From: Alkalispirochaeta sp.
GTDB taxonomy: Bacteria > Spirochaetota > Spirochaetia > DSM-27196 > Alkalispirochaetaceae
Length of the DNA stretch: 64,000 nucleotides
NCBI GenBank assembly: GCA_965601925.1
Contig: OZ271854.1
Location: forward strand, 3,424,001-3,488,000
Reading direction: 5' to 3'
Shown piece after piece: positions 46,270-57,343 of this stretch. Below the pieces are notes generated by a model. The model did no database searches, was not told the DNA's origin, and saw only the letters and a list, made by a program, of their open reading frames with translations. Every line of letters starts with the position of its first letter. The first letter of the stretch is position 1. Both the position numbers and the translations under genes were made by a program.

Positions 46270-49200
46270 TCACCGGATCAAGATAAACTCCACGCGGCGG
46301 TTCTTCCAGCGATTCTCACGGTCGGTGTGGGGAACGATCGGCGCCGTGCCGCCGCGTCCCTCGACGCTGATGCGCTCGATATCCATGCCGCGCTCCACAA
46401 GGGCGTCGCGTACGGTATCCGCGCGCGCGGTGGAGAGGGGTTCCAGCTCTTCGCGCTCCTCCTCGGCGGTGCCCGAGAGATTGACCGCATGACCCTCTAC
46501 GCGAATCTCGTAGGTGCGGTACTTGTCGAACACCTCTACGAGTCGGTCGAGCACCGAGATGTTTTTGGCGCCCTGCTCCGTCGCCGGATCGAGCTGAAGC
46601 TCGGGACTGTTGGGCTCGAAGTTGATGTTGGAGATCTGGATACGCAACAGATCACCGTCACGCACGACCAAAATGTCGATCGGAATCGTGCCGGTGACTT
46701 CGCTGCGATTTCCGGTGGTATCCACAGCGCTGAACCGATACGGATAGTCCTCGGCGCTGATGACCAGCTCACCGTCATTGCTGCGGCCGTCCCACACCAA
46801 CTCGGAACGGGGACGGGCCGAACCGTCGAACTGTTGAAAGGGAGCGTTCGTGCGGTCCAGAATCTCGAAACTCCATTCGGCGATGTCGCTCGCGTCCGCG
46901 GTCGTCAGTCCGATGCCTAACTCGTCGTTCAGCCCGTCATTGTCCGGCGAAAAGGGAAGCCCGGCGAGATTCACCGCGAGTTCGGGACCCGCGGTGTCTA
47001 CGACGAGTTCCGGCGATGAGACCCGGGGGAGCGCTCCGTTACGAAATCCCACACTGAAGCGCACCGCATATCGTCCGTCGGCGATCGGTACGCCGTCGAT
47101 GAGGCCGTCCCACACGAGCGTCTCCCGCAGTTCCACGGCCTCGGAGCGAAACGTCTCCACGACCGTTCCCGACTCGTCCACTATCTCTACCAAGCGATAC
47201 TCGGCACCGTCTTGGCGGCTCGCGATCATACCGATCTCGAGCCGGTCGTCGACGCCGTCGCCGTTGGGCGAGATGGTGCGTCGGTCCAGGGTGACGAAGA
47301 TGCGCGCCGTTCTCGTATCGACCTCTATCGCGGCGAGTTCGCCTCGGGCCGTATTTCCCGCCGCGTCGGTCCCCTCCACGGTGTATCGGTATCGGCCGTC
47401 GGCGACGACGTTACCCGCTATGTCGGTGCCATCCCACTCGAACGCCGCGGTGCGGTCGGTCCAGCCGTACTCGCGTATCACCTCACCCGACTCCGCAGTG
47501 ATACGTCCCCTCCAGCCCTCCGCCGCGTCGCTTGACTGACGGACGGATACCGTGTCGCGCCGCCCGTCGCCGTCCGGCGAGAAGATCTCGTGGGAGGCCG
47601 CGAGCTCGAGCGCCGGCGGCGTCGTATCGAGGAGGAAGGCGGTCGTCGATGCCGCGGGACGGTTTCCGTGGCGATACTCGACTTCCAGGGTCGCACGGTA
47701 GCGCCCCTCCTCGGCACGTCCTCCTCCCTGAGTCCTTCCGTTCCAGCTGAAGCGCTCCGGTAATGCGACTCCGGTGGTTCGCATAACATCCTCGCCCGAG
47801 GAGGTCTCAACCACGAAGGTATAGCGTTCCAATCCGCGCGCTTCTCCCGCGACGATGCGGAAATCGAGGGTATCGAAGGCGCCGTCGCCGTTGGGGCTGA
47901 AGGCGCTCCGCGACGGATAGAGCTCCAACGGCGTCTCAGCCGTGTAAATCTCGAACGGCAACGGTCCGATCGACGAGCTGTTCCCCGCTCTGTCCGTCGC
48001 CTGCAGGATATACGCGTACATCCCGTCGGGGACGCGTCGCCGCTCATCGTCTAAGCCGGCAAACGCGAGCTCGGCTTCTGCACGTCCGACCCACTCCCAA
48101 CGGCCGATGGTTCCGTCCGTGTCGTCGAGAACCCGCGCGATCCAACGCTCCTCTTCGCTCGTCGTCTGCGATACGACGAGCTCATCCAAGGTGCCGTCGC
48201 CGTTGGGGGAAATAACGGGTGAGGAAAGCGCCACGTCGGCGGCGGGCGCCACCGTATCCAACACAACGCCCCGGGCACTCACTATCTCTACCTCGTCGCC
48301 GCGGGCAAATCGCACGCGTAGGCGACCGCGATAGAATCCGTCGGGTGCGCGACCCGTCCGCCCCTCTCCGCGCCAGGTCACCGTCTCCAGTTCCCCGATC
48401 CCGGAAGTCTCGAAGATCGTCTCGTCGCCCGTCGTATCCTCGACGGACAGTATCCACTCCGCGATGGGGGATTCGATGTTTACGCCCGGTATGAGTTCGA
48501 CCGCGTCGAGCACGCCGTCACCGTTGGGGCTGAAAGCCGCCTCCGAGATACGCAGTTGTACGTCGACCTCGCGCGTATCCGTACGAAACGGCGACGTCGT
48601 GGTAGAGAAGCGATTTCCCGCCCCGTCGACGCTCGTCACGCGGTAGCGGTAGCGCCCGTCCTCAACGACCGCGCCGTCCTCGTCCGTGCCGTCCCACTCG
48701 AGAGGAGCCAGTTCACCCGAGAAGCTCCACCGCCGCACCGGGGGGCCACCGTCGTCGGGGACGATCTCGGCGGTCCAGAGCGCCTCACGCGACGACTCTT
48801 GGCGTATGGTAACCGCGTCGCGCCGTCCGTCGCCGTCGGGGGAGAATATCGTATCGGCAAGCTCGACTCGTGCCCGCGGCGCCACGGTGTCGACGCGGAA
48901 GGGCGCGCTCGTTGCGCTGGGCCGGTTTCCGTGGCGATACTCGACCTCGATGCGCACGCGATACGTGCCGTCGGCGACGACCCGGCCCGTCGCGCCGCGA
49001 CCGTCCCACTCGTAGCGCTCCCCGGGCGTGCCGCTGTCGGTTATGCGCGCAACAGTACGGTCCGCGCCGTCGAGGATCGCCAGCTCGAAGCGTTCTACGC
49101 CGCGTGCGTCGGCAAGCTCGGTGATCAGATCGATCGAGTCGACCACGCCGTCGTCGTTGGGGCTGAAGGCTTCGCGCTCGCTGGATACGAACACGGGCGT

Positions 49201-51561
49201 CTCGCGCGTATCGAGTTCGACCTCTACGGGGCTCCCGGAGCGTGCATTTCCGGCGCGGTCGGTTCCGGACAGTACATAGCGGTACGGCCCGTCGGGGGCG
49301 CGAGCCCCGTCGGCGGTACGTCCGTCCCACACGAGGCGGCCGTCGGGGCGTCCCGCCCAATCGTATTGCCGCACGATCTCGCCGGCCTCGCTCTCGATGC
49401 GCGCCGTCCATACGGGAATCTCCTCGGTCTCCTGCACGAAGGCGACCGTGTCGAGGCGTCCGTCGCCGTTGGGAGAAAAGATCGGCGTCTCGGCGCGCAC
49501 GGTGAGCCGGGGCGGTGTAACGTCGAGAACAAAGGGCGGTGAGAGCGCCTCCGGCCGGTTGCCGTTACGGTACTCGATCTCCAGACGCACTCGATACCGC
49601 CCTTCATTCATGCGCGCGCCCGACTCGGTGCGACCGTCGAACACCCACGGTCCAGGAACGTCCGTCGCTCCCGTGGCGGTACGGCGTGTATCACCGTTTT
49701 CGTCCAGGACGACGAAGCGATAGGCACGAATGCCTTCGGTTACCGGAACGTCGGGCGTGAAGGTGATCGCGTCCTGCCGGCCGTCGCCGTTGGGCGAGAA
49801 GTGTCCCAGGTTCAAAGTAAGCCCGATCGGGGTGGGCTCGGTGTCTACGATGATGTTTGCGAGGCTCGCCGATCCCTCGTTCAGGGCGCGGTCGGTGGCG
49901 GAGGCGCGATACGAATAGACGCCGTCGGGAACGAGTGAACCCGCACTGTCTCGGCCGTCCCACTCAAACTCGGCGAGCTGGGAGCCGGTGACCGTCTCTT
50001 GATAGACCACCGTGTCGGTCGTGTCGAGGATCTCCATCCGCCACTCGTCCTCGGGAGAGCTCTCCTGAGCGATGCGAAGGGTGTCCTTGTTCCCGTCGCC
50101 ATTCGGCGAGAAAATGATGTCGTCCGGATTCTGCGGTTCGGAGATGGTCGCTTCCGGCGGCGTCGAGTCGACGACAATGCGGAAGACGTCGGTCTCCCGC
50201 AGGTTACCGTTGTCGTCACGGGCGTTCAGCACGAAGGTGTACTCGCCGTCGCCGGCCAGACCGCCGTCTTCGGTGCGACCGTCCCACCGAATCGTCTCGG
50301 GCACCTCGATGCCGCGTCGCACATACAGAAGACGATCGACGATGTTCTGAAATCCGACGTTTTCCGGTCGCTGCTCCTTGTTCTCGATGCGCCGAACGAG
50401 CCCACCCTCGCCGTCGAGAATGTCCAGGGTCCAACTGTCGATAAAGCGTTCGTCCTCAATCGCGACGGGGAGGAGAAATTCGTCTGCGGCGCCGTCGTTG
50501 TTGGGCGAGATGTAGAGCGTGTCGGCGTAATCGATCGCGATTTCCGGCGGATTACGGTCGATGACGCCGAGGGCCGCCTGGACACCGGCTCCCGCCGCCC
50601 ACACGTCGTCGGTGAGGGGCGCCCACGCGCTGTGGATCGCCAGATCGCTCCGGTTCCATCCTTGCTCGCTGATGATTCCGTCCTCGGAAGCGATGTCGGT
50701 CTGAAAGCGGAATGAGATACCGACCGACGGCATGAGCGAACCGGCCTCGCGATCGGAGTCGGTCTGTTCGAGGAGATCGACGTCCCACCCTACATTGAGG
50801 CCGAGGCGGTCGAAGAGGGTAAGTTGACTTCCCACGCGATATCGAACGTTCTGAAATGAGGGCGCGGTAAAGCCGGTGTGCACGGTCCAATCGACCGTTT
50901 CGGTCTCGACGAATGTCGCTTGTATATCCGCCGCCGGGGTAAACGGTGCCGGACTCCCGGTAGTGTCTTCTACCGGTGAGAGTCCCACACCGAGTTGGGT
51001 GACGGCGAATCCCCACCGAATCTCGGGGAGCGACCACACCGGCCCCACAATGTGGATAATTCCCAGATCGAGTCCCCCGGCAAACGCCGTGTTGCCGCCG
51101 TTGGCGCCTGCGTGACCTCGCAATCCCGCGCCGAAGAGGAGCGACGGGTAGAGATCCTTGGCAAAGCTCACGTTGAGGCTCGCCCGTTGCCCGAGATCGA
51201 CCGTGGCGTAGTCGACGCTTGCGAGGTTGAGCGACCCGGTAAAGACGCCCGCCGGGGTCGGCACCGACACACCGAGGTTGCCCGCGTGCCCGTCCCACGA
51301 ACCGTCTCCTACGAGCGTCAAATAGCTTGCGTCGAGATGAACACGCTGCTTCAATGCTGAGGCGGCGGGGTTGATTACATCGCCCGATACCGACTCGGTG
51401 GAGGCGGTATTGGCCGTCGTTGCCAAAAAGAGGGGCGAGCGGAGTTGATCCAACAGCTCGCCGCCGGGCACCGGATCGTACTCCTGGCCGTACGCCGAGG
51501 AGATCGTCGCCAAAGAGAGAACGAAAACGCAGACAATGGTCGCACCGATTCGATAGTTCAT
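46270..51561 (-). CDS. Large envelope protein: putative N-terminal beta-barrel, 12 FlgD-Ig-like SPxxDG repeats, C-terminal OmpA domain
   Basis: Signal peptide; INPAA; 12 (F/I)SP(N/D)xDG motifs, each followed by W(D/N)G-like and DG.Y motifs; INFEPNS, VEGHA, LSTARA, NRRVEF. Confidence 0.85.
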   Translation of the reverse strand: MNYRIGATIVCVFVLSLATISSAYGQEYDPVPGGELLDQLRSPLFLATTANTASTESVSGDVINPAASALKQRVHLDASYLTLVGDGSWDGHAGNLGVSVPTPAGVFTGSLNLASVDYATVDLGQRASLNVSFAKDLYPSLLFGAGLRGHAGANGGNTAFAGGLDLGIIHIVGPVWSLPEIRWGFAVTQLGVGLSPVEDTTGSPAPFTPAADIQATFVETETVDWTVHTGFTAPSFQNVRYRVGSQLTLFDRLGLNVGWDVDLLEQTDSDREAGSLMPSVGISFRFQTDIASEDGIISEQGWNRSDLAIHSAWAPLTDDVWAAGAGVQAALGVIDRNPPEIAIDYADTLYISPNNDGAADEFLLPVAIEDERFIDSWTLDILDGEGGLVRRIENKEQRPENVGFQNIVDRLLYVRRGIEVPETIRWDGRTEDGGLAGDGEYTFVLNARDDNGNLRETDVFRIVVDSTPPEATISEPQNPDDIIFSPNGDGNKDTLRIAQESSPEDEWRMEILDTTDTVVYQETVTGSQLAEFEWDGRDSAGSLVPDGVYSYRASATDRALNEGSASLANIIVDTEPTPIGLTLNLGHFSPNGDGRQDAITFTPDVPVTEGIRAYRFVVLDENGDTRRTATGATDVPGPWVFDGRTESGARMNEGRYRVRLEIEYRNGNRPEALSPPFVLDVTPPRLTVRAETPIFSPNGDGRLDTVAFVQETEEIPVWTARIESEAGEIVRQYDWAGRPDGRLVWDGRTADGARAPDGPYRYVLSGTDRAGNARSGSPVEVELDTRETPVFVSSEREAFSPNDDGVVDSIDLITELADARGVERFELAILDGADRTVARITDSGTPGERYEWDGRGATGRVVADGTYRVRIEVEYRHGNRPSATSAPFRVDTVAPRARVELADTIFSPDGDGRRDAVTIRQESSREALWTAEIVPDDGGPPVRRWSFSGELAPLEWDGTDEDGAVVEDGRYRYRVTSVDGAGNRFSTTTSPFRTDTREVDVQLRISEAAFSPNGDGVLDAVELIPGVNIESPIAEWILSVEDTTGDETIFETSGIGELETVTWRGEGRTGRAPDGFYRGRLRVRFARGDEVEIVSARGVVLDTVAPAADVALSSPVISPNGDGTLDELVVSQTTSEEERWIARVLDDTDGTIGRWEWVGRAEAELAFAGLDDERRRVPDGMYAYILQATDRAGNSSSIGPLPFEIYTAETPLELYPSRSAFSPNGDGAFDTLDFRIVAGEARGLERYTFVVETSSGEDVMRTTGVALPERFSWNGRTQGGGRAEEGRYRATLEVEYRHGNRPAASTTAFLLDTTPPALELAASHEIFSPDGDGRRDTVSVRQSSDAAEGWRGRITAESGEVIREYGWTDRTAAFEWDGTDIAGNVVADGRYRYTVEGTDAAGNTARGELAAIEVDTRTARIFVTLDRRTISPNGDGVDDRLEIGMIASRQDGAEYRLVEIVDESGTVVETFRSEAVELRETLVWDGLIDGVPIADGRYAVRFSVGFRNGALPRVSSPELVVDTAGPELAVNLAGLPFSPDNDGLNDELGIGLTTADASDIAEWSFEILDRTNAPFQQFDGSARPRSELVWDGRSNDGELVISAEDYPYRFSAVDTTGNRSEVTGTIPIDILVVRDGDLLRIQISNINFEPNSPELQLDPATEQGAKNISVLDRLVEVFDKYRTYEIRVEGHAVNLSGTAEEEREELEPLSTARADTVRDALVERGMDIERISVEGRGGTAPIVPHTDRENRWKNRRVEFILIR

Positions 51562-51655
51562 CACCCACCGATTTTACCGCATGTCGAACGCTAAATCATC
51601 AACTGCGGTGGGTGTGTGAATCGTCTTTGTCGTCGGCCTCCGGAGGAGTATGGGG

Positions 51656-52174
51656 CTATCCGGCCCGTTTGCCGCCGACGTCGGTCGTCGACGGCGGCGC
51701 GATACCGGCTATGAGTTGCTTCACGTCGTGGCGCGCATACGTCAATCGCTGCGAGTCGCCGCCGATCGGCGCGACATCGATGCGAAGCGTAACGGTGTCG
51801 AGTCCGCCAATAAGCGCCCCGGCGGACGGCAAAGCGGTGTCCGGGGAGGAACGGACCGCCTCTATGAGGGGCGCCACCGCCGGGATTTCGTCCGGACGGG
51901 GAGCGCAGAAGAGCACGATCGGCGTCGCGGGACCGAACGGTTGGCGTCCGGCGATGCAGGATTGGACGGCTCGGACGTGTTGCCGAGACTCCTCAGACGG
52001 ACTGAAACAGTAACAGTTGATGGCCGAGTTGCCGAAAAGCCTGCGTCGTTCGACGCGCACCAAGAGCGCCGCTCGAATGCCCGTGTCGCCGATCAGTATG
52101 GAGCGGTGCACCGCGGCCCCTCCCCGGTACATCGCTCGCGCCATTTCATCCCAATGCATCTGTTCCTCGCACAT
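51656..52174 (-). CDS. Hypothetical protein
   Basis: Only plausible ORF in the gap, co-oriented with the OmpA gene; no recognised motif. Confidence 0.45.
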   Translation of the reverse strand: MCEEQMHWDEMARAMYRGGAAVHRSILIGDTGIRAALLVRVERRRLFGNSAINCYCFSPSEESRQHVRAVQSCIAGRQPFGPATPIVLFCAPRPDEIPAVAPLIEAVRSSPDTALPSAGALIGGLDTVTLRIDVAPIGGDSQRLTYARHDVKQLIAGIAPPSTTDVGGKRAG

Positions 52175-52338
52175 TCACGTTATCGTGACTTTTTTAGAAA
52201 TCTATGAAAACGCGCACTTTTTATTGCGATACATACGAATAGCGGCCGGCCCGGTACGCGTTGCCGACACGACCGGCGTCTCACTATATTAGTATCGTTC
52301 TCAGACAGTTGTGTTTCCACCACAGGAGTAGCTATATC

Positions 52339-54933
52339 ATGACACTCGATGCATTCACGACAAAGGCGCAGCAGGCCGTAGAGGACGCCGCCACGCGCGC
52401 CAACCAACACGACCATAGTACGCTCGAGGCGGTGCATCTCTCGGTGGCCCTTCTCGAACAGCCGCAAGGAATCGTACCGAGCATACTCGATCGCCTGGAG
52501 GCGCAAACGGCGCTCATCAAAAACGAGATTGAACGGGAGATCGGCCGCCTTCCGAGGGTGACCGGCGACGGTGCGCAGTTGCACCCCTCACCCAATCTCT
52601 CCCGTGTGCTCGCCAAGGCGGAGGCGATGAGCCGAGAGATGGGAGACCGCTACGTCTCTACCGAGCACGTGCTGATAGCGATTCTCGAATCGCCGGATCG
52701 CGCCGCGGAGATATTCAAGAACCAAGGAGTTACCGCGGAGGCTGTGCGGGGGGTACTGGACGACGTCCGCGGGAGTCAACGGGTGGACAGCCAAGACCCG
52801 GAGGGAAAGATGAAGGTTCTTGAGAAGTACACCAAGGATCTCACTTCACTCGCGCGCCAGGAGAAACTCGACCCGGTAATTGGACGCGACGAGGAGATCC
52901 GCCGAGTGATGCAAGTCTTGAGCCGGCGTACCAAAAACAATCCCGTACTCATCGGAGAACCGGGCGTCGGTAAAACGGCGATCGCCGAGGGGTTGGCGCG
53001 ACGCGTTGTCGCCGGAGACGTGCCCGATTCGCTACGGGACAAGCGTATTCTCGCCCTCGATCTCGGTGCGTTGTTGGCCGGGACCAAGTTTCGCGGCGAG
53101 TTCGAGGAGCGTTTTAAGGGAGTGATTGAGGAGATCGCGAAGGCCGACGGCCGGATCGTTCTTTTCATCGATGAGTTGCACACCCTCATGGGTGCGGGAA
53201 GCGCCGAGGGGGCGATGGACGCCTCGAATCTTCTTAAGCCGGCCCTCGCACGGGGCGAGCTGCGAGCCATCGGCGCAACGACTCTCGACGAGTACCGTAA
53301 GCATATCGAAAAGGACGCCGCCTTCGAGCGCCGCTTTCAGACCGTATATACCGCGGAACCGAGCGTCGAGAGCACGGTAGCGATTCTCCGCGGCCTGAAG
53401 GAGCGCTATGAGGTGCACCACGGGGTGCGTATTCGCGACGACGCGCTGCTTGCGGCGGCGACCCTCAGCGATCGCTACATCACCAACCGCTTCCTCCCCG
53501 ACAAGGCGATCGACCTCGTGGACGAGGCGGCGAGCCGCATGAAGATGGAGATCGAGAGTCAACCGACCGAACTCGATCAGTTGGAACGGCGCATCCTGCA
53601 GTTGGATATCGAACGCCAGGCCCTCGTGAGCGAGACCGACGGCGCGGGCCGCGAGCGGTTGGTACGGCTCGAGGAAGAGCTTGCGGACCTTCGCGCCGAG
53701 CGCGACACCATGCGCATCAGGTGGAAAAACGAGAAGGACGTCATCGACCGTATTCGCACCCTCAAGCAGGAGTTGGAGCAGCTTTCGATTCAAGAGGTAC
53801 ACTACGAACGCTCCGGCGATCTTTCAAAAGCGGCCGAAATTAAGCACGGCACCATACCGACGAAGGAGCGCGAACTCGATGAGCTGAGCGCGCGCCTCCA
53901 TGAGGTACAGGGAGAGAACTCGCTTCTGCGCGAGGAGGTGAGCGACGAGGATATCGCTCGCGTCGTCTCGACGTGGACCGGCATCCCCGTGAATAAGATG
54001 ATGTCGTCGGAGATGCAGAAGCTGTTGGAGCTCGAATCGATCATGGAGCGCCGCGTCGTCGGACAGCCCAACGCCATTCGAGCGGTGGCCGACGCGATCC
54101 GGCGCAATAAGTCGGGCATCAGCGACGAGAATCGTCCGTCGGGTACCTTTCTCTTTCTCGGCCCCACCGGCGTCGGAAAGACCGAGCTCGCCAAGACGAT
54201 CGCCTCGTTTCTCTTCGACGACGAGCGCGCCCTGACGCGGATCGACATGAGCGAGTACATGGAGCGTCACGCCGTGAGCCGGCTCATCGGAGCGCCCCCC
54301 GGATACGTGGGGTACGATCAGGGCGGACAGTTGACCGAGGTCGTGCGACGGAGACCGTACTCGGTGCTCCTGTTCGACGAGGTGGAGAAGGCGCATCCCG
54401 ACGTCTATAACGTATTTCTCCAACTTCTCGACGAAGGGCGGCTCACCGACGGACAGGGGCGACTGGTCGACTTCCGCAATACGATCGTCATCATGACGAG
54501 CAACATCGGCAGCGAGCTCATCCTCGGCGCCGACGATCTGGAGGCCGTTCGTCCGCAGGTCGATGAGCTTTTGCATAGGACGTTTCGCCCCGAGTTCCTC
54601 AACCGGCTGGACGAGGTGATTACCTTCAACCGTCTCGGGATGGAGCAGATTCTCTCCATCGTCGATCTCGAAGTCGAACGCCTCAAACGGCGTCTCTCCG
54701 GGCGCGCCATTACCATCGAGTTGGAGGGTGAGGCGCGCGAGCACCTTGCTCATCTCGGGTTCGATCCCGCCTTCGGTGCGCGACCGCTGAAACGAGCCGT
54801 GCAGCAGCACATTCAGAACGGGCTTGCCAAAGAGCTTCTCTCGGGAGGTATCGCCGACGGTGATCGGGTGCGCGTCGCGCGCGCGTCCGGCAACGGGAGC
54901 GAGAGCGAGTTTTCGTTCTTGACCGGCCGATAG
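52339..54933 (+). CDS. clpB: ATP-dependent disaggregase ClpB
   Basis: Two AAA+ modules ([16 protein letters not shown]), long coiled-coil middle domain, [16 protein letters not shown] before ATG 52339. Confidence 0.97.
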   Translation: MTLDAFTTKAQQAVEDAATRANQHDHSTLEAVHLSVALLEQPQGIVPSILDRLEAQTALIKNEIEREIGRLPRVTGDGAQLHPSPNLSRVLAKAEAMSREMGDRYVSTEHVLIAILESPDRAAEIFKNQGVTAEAVRGVLDDVRGSQRVDSQDPEGKMKVLEKYTKDLTSLARQEKLDPVIGRDEEIRRVMQVLSRRTKNNPVLIGEPGVGKTAIAEGLARRVVAGDVPDSLRDKRILALDLGALLAGTKFRGEFEERFKGVIEEIAKADGRIVLFIDELHTLMGAGSAEGAMDASNLLKPALARGELRAIGATTLDEYRKHIEKDAAFERRFQTVYTAEPSVESTVAILRGLKERYEVHHGVRIRDDALLAAATLSDRYITNRFLPDKAIDLVDEAASRMKMEIESQPTELDQLERRILQLDIERQALVSETDGAGRERLVRLEEELADLRAERDTMRIRWKNEKDVIDRIRTLKQELEQLSIQEVHYERSGDLSKAAEIKHGTIPTKERELDELSARLHEVQGENSLLREEVSDEDIARVVSTWTGIPVNKMMSSEMQKLLELESIMERRVVGQPNAIRAVADAIRRNKSGISDENRPSGTFLFLGPTGVGKTELAKTIASFLFDDERALTRIDMSEYMERHAVSRLIGAPPGYVGYDQGGQLTEVVRRRPYSVLLFDEVEKAHPDVYNVFLQLLDEGRLTDGQGRLVDFRNTIVIMTSNIGSELILGADDLEAVRPQVDELLHRTFRPEFLNRLDEVITFNRLGMEQILSIVDLEVERLKRRLSGRAITIELEGEAREHLAHLGFDPAFGARPLKRAVQQHIQNGLAKELLSGGIADGDRVRVARASGNGSESEFSFLTGR

Positions 54934-55123
54934 CGCCGGTCTCCCGTCCGACGCCCCGGCGCGCGGGATGCTTCTCGGACGTCGGGGTACGGCTCGTCCG
55001 TCGATAGTGCGGTGCGGCTTCGACGGAGAGCGCGTCGTAAACCGACGGACGGCGGGCGAGCCGCCGATCCGATCAGGTAACCTCGTTTGACGCAGTCGTA
55101 CGACGCGGAGTACGCTCCCGGCC

Positions 55124-56503
55124 ATGGCTAAGCTTTGGGACAAGGGATACGAGCTGGACACGGCGGTCGAACGATTTACGGTAGGACGGGACTATCTCCT
55201 GGATCGGGAACTCATCGTCGCCGACGCCGCGGCGAGTATCGCCCACGCGCGCATGCTCGAGGCGATAGGGATACTCACGGCCGAGGAGCGCCTATCGCTC
55301 GAAACCGAGCTCCGGCACATCGCTACCGAGGGCGCGGCCGGTGCGATCGAGATTACACGCTCCGAGGAGGATTGCCATACGGCGATCGAGACGCGTCTCG
55401 TTGAGCGTCTGGGCGAGGCGGGTAAGAAGGTTCACACCGGTCGGAGTCGTAACGATCAGGTTGCCGCGGCGACGCGCCTGTACACACGCGAGGCGCTGCT
55501 CGATATAGCCTCGGCGGGAGAGCGCGTGATAACGGTACTCCTCGGTCGGGCCGCAGAGGAGGCCGATACGGTCATGCCCGGGAGAACGCACCTCCAAATC
55601 GCGATGCTCTCGACGCTCGGGCTTTGGTTCGCGTCGTGGGCCGAACAGCTCCTCGACGACTTTGACGTTCTAAGGGCGGCGGCGAGACTCAACGATCGCA
55701 GCCCCCTGGGATCGGCGGCCAGTTACGGAACCTCCTTGCCCCTCGACCGGGAGTTGGTCGCCCGGGAGCTGGGATTCTCCGCCGTACAGAACAACGTGCT
55801 CGCGGTGCAGCACTCGCGAGGCTCGCTCGACGCCCACATCGTAGGCGGTCTGGCGGCCGTGGCGGCGACACTATCGCGCATGGCCCAGGACCTCATTCTC
55901 TTTTCTCTTCCCGAGTTGGGATACGTCCGATTGCCCGAGGCGCTCTGTTCGGGCTCCAGCATCATGCCTCAGAAACGCAATCCCGATGTATTGGAGCTCC
56001 TCCGTTCCCGCGCTGCGGTCGTCGACGGGTGGGCGGCGCAGTGCCGCGGTGTCGTCCGCTCGCTGCCGTCGGGGTATAACCGCGACCTACAGGATACCAA
56101 GGAGCCGCTTCTCCGAGCGCTGCGCACCGTCGAAGAGGAACTTGCGGTAACCGAAGTCCTTATCTCGCGCCTGGAGCCGCAGCGCGAACGCATGCACGCG
56201 GCCCTCGACGCCGACGTCTTTGCGACGGACTACGCGTATCGGCTCGTAGAAGAGGGCATCCCGTTTCGTGAGGCGTATCGGCGTGCGGCGGCCGACTACC
56301 GAACGCAACGGATCCCCGACGCCGTGGAGGCGCTTCGCCGCAGACGGAGCACCGGAACGCCCGGAAATCTCAATCTGGCCGCAGCTCATGAACGCCTTCA
56401 CGACGCGGCGTCCGCCGCCGAAGGCGTTCGTGTTCGGCACACTACAGCCGTCGGCAGCCTTCTCGGAACGTCGACCTCCGTTCGACCGCACCTGGACGGA
56501 TGA
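55124..56503 (+). CDS. argH: Argininosuccinate lyase
   Basis: HTGRSRNDQ, MPGRTHLQ, GSSIMPQKRNPD, GYNRDLQ; promoter TTGACG-18-TACGCT-7-ATG. Confidence 0.95.
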   Translation: MAKLWDKGYELDTAVERFTVGRDYLLDRELIVADAAASIAHARMLEAIGILTAEERLSLETELRHIATEGAAGAIEITRSEEDCHTAIETRLVERLGEAGKKVHTGRSRNDQVAAATRLYTREALLDIASAGERVITVLLGRAAEEADTVMPGRTHLQIAMLSTLGLWFASWAEQLLDDFDVLRAAARLNDRSPLGSAASYGTSLPLDRELVARELGFSAVQNNVLAVQHSRGSLDAHIVGGLAAVAATLSRMAQDLILFSLPELGYVRLPEALCSGSSIMPQKRNPDVLELLRSRAAVVDGWAAQCRGVVRSLPSGYNRDLQDTKEPLLRALRTVEEELAVTEVLISRLEPQRERMHAALDADVFATDYAYRLVEEGIPFREAYRRAAADYRTQRIPDAVEALRRRRSTGTPGNLNLAAAHERLHDAASAAEGVRVRHTTAVGSLLGTSTSVRPHLDG

Positions 56504-56524
56504 CGCCACGCTCCTTCGGGAGTC

Positions 56525-57343
56525 TTACGCGACGTCGCGTCGGCGGCGGAACGCCGCGTATCCGACAAATGCCACAATCGTCAAGAGATACGGTAGGGCG
56601 AGGAGGAGCGTCGGCGGTACATGTAGGAGCGCTTGAGCGCGGACCGAGAACGCCACTACGGCGCCGAAAAAGAGTGCCGCGAGGGCCAACCCGAAGGGGG
56701 TGCGATATCCGAGATAGACGATGACGAGAGCGATCCAACCGCGCCCGGCGGCTATGTTGGGCAGGTACACACCGACCCGGAGGGAGAGCAACGCTCCCGA
56801 GACCCCCGCCAAGGCGCCGCTTGCCACAAGTCCCATGAGCCGATATCGCCGCAGACCGACACCCCGAGAGCGGAGCCATTGGGGTTCTTCGCCGGCGATA
56901 CGGAGCCGAACGCCCGTCGGAGTCCGATACAGAAAGAGCTGCACCACGATCAACACGATCGCGGCGGTTAGTACCGTCGCCCATGCGGATATACTTTCAC
57001 GACCGATTCTCAGCGAACCTCGCGTGCCGAAGAGGATTTCCGAGAGGAGAGGAACCGTTCCGGCGGCGAGGAGATTGAGTGCCAGCCCTACGATAAAGGG
57101 GTTAGCCCGCCACCGGAGCGCGAAGAGGGCAAAGACCGCCGCCACGGCGACGCCCGCCGCTCCGGCGACGACACCGGCGACCGACGCGCTTGCGCCGGCG
57201 ATCGTAGAGGCGGTGGCCGCGAACGCCCCGACGACCATCATCCCCTCCAGACCGATGTTGAGTACGCCGCTGCGTTCCGATAGAAGACCGCCGAGGGCTA
57301 CGATCAGGAGGATTGCCCAACTTTGAGCTATCTGCAGCATCAT
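56525..57343 (-). CDS. Nucleoside/sugar (CUT2-type) ABC permease
   Basis: SERSGVLNIGLEG, GRGWIAL, LPYLLT. Confidence 0.9.
   Translation of the reverse strand: MMLQIAQSWAILLIVALGGLLSERSGVLNIGLEGMMVVGAFAATASTIAGASASVAGVVAGAAGVAVAAVFALFALRWRANPFIVGLALNLLAAGTVPLLSEILFGTRGSLRIGRESISAWATVLTAAIVLIVVQLFLYRTPTGVRLRIAGEEPQWLRSRGVGLRRYRLMGLVASGALAGVSGALLSLRVGVYLPNIAAGRGWIALVIVYLGYRTPFGLALAALFFGAVVAFSVRAQALLHVPPTLLLALPYLLTIVAFVGYAAFRRRRDVA

Noticed and set aside
52180..52338. CIRCE or CtsR operator upstream of clpB
   Set aside because: No TTAGCACTC-N9-GAGTGCTAA or heptad direct repeat found.
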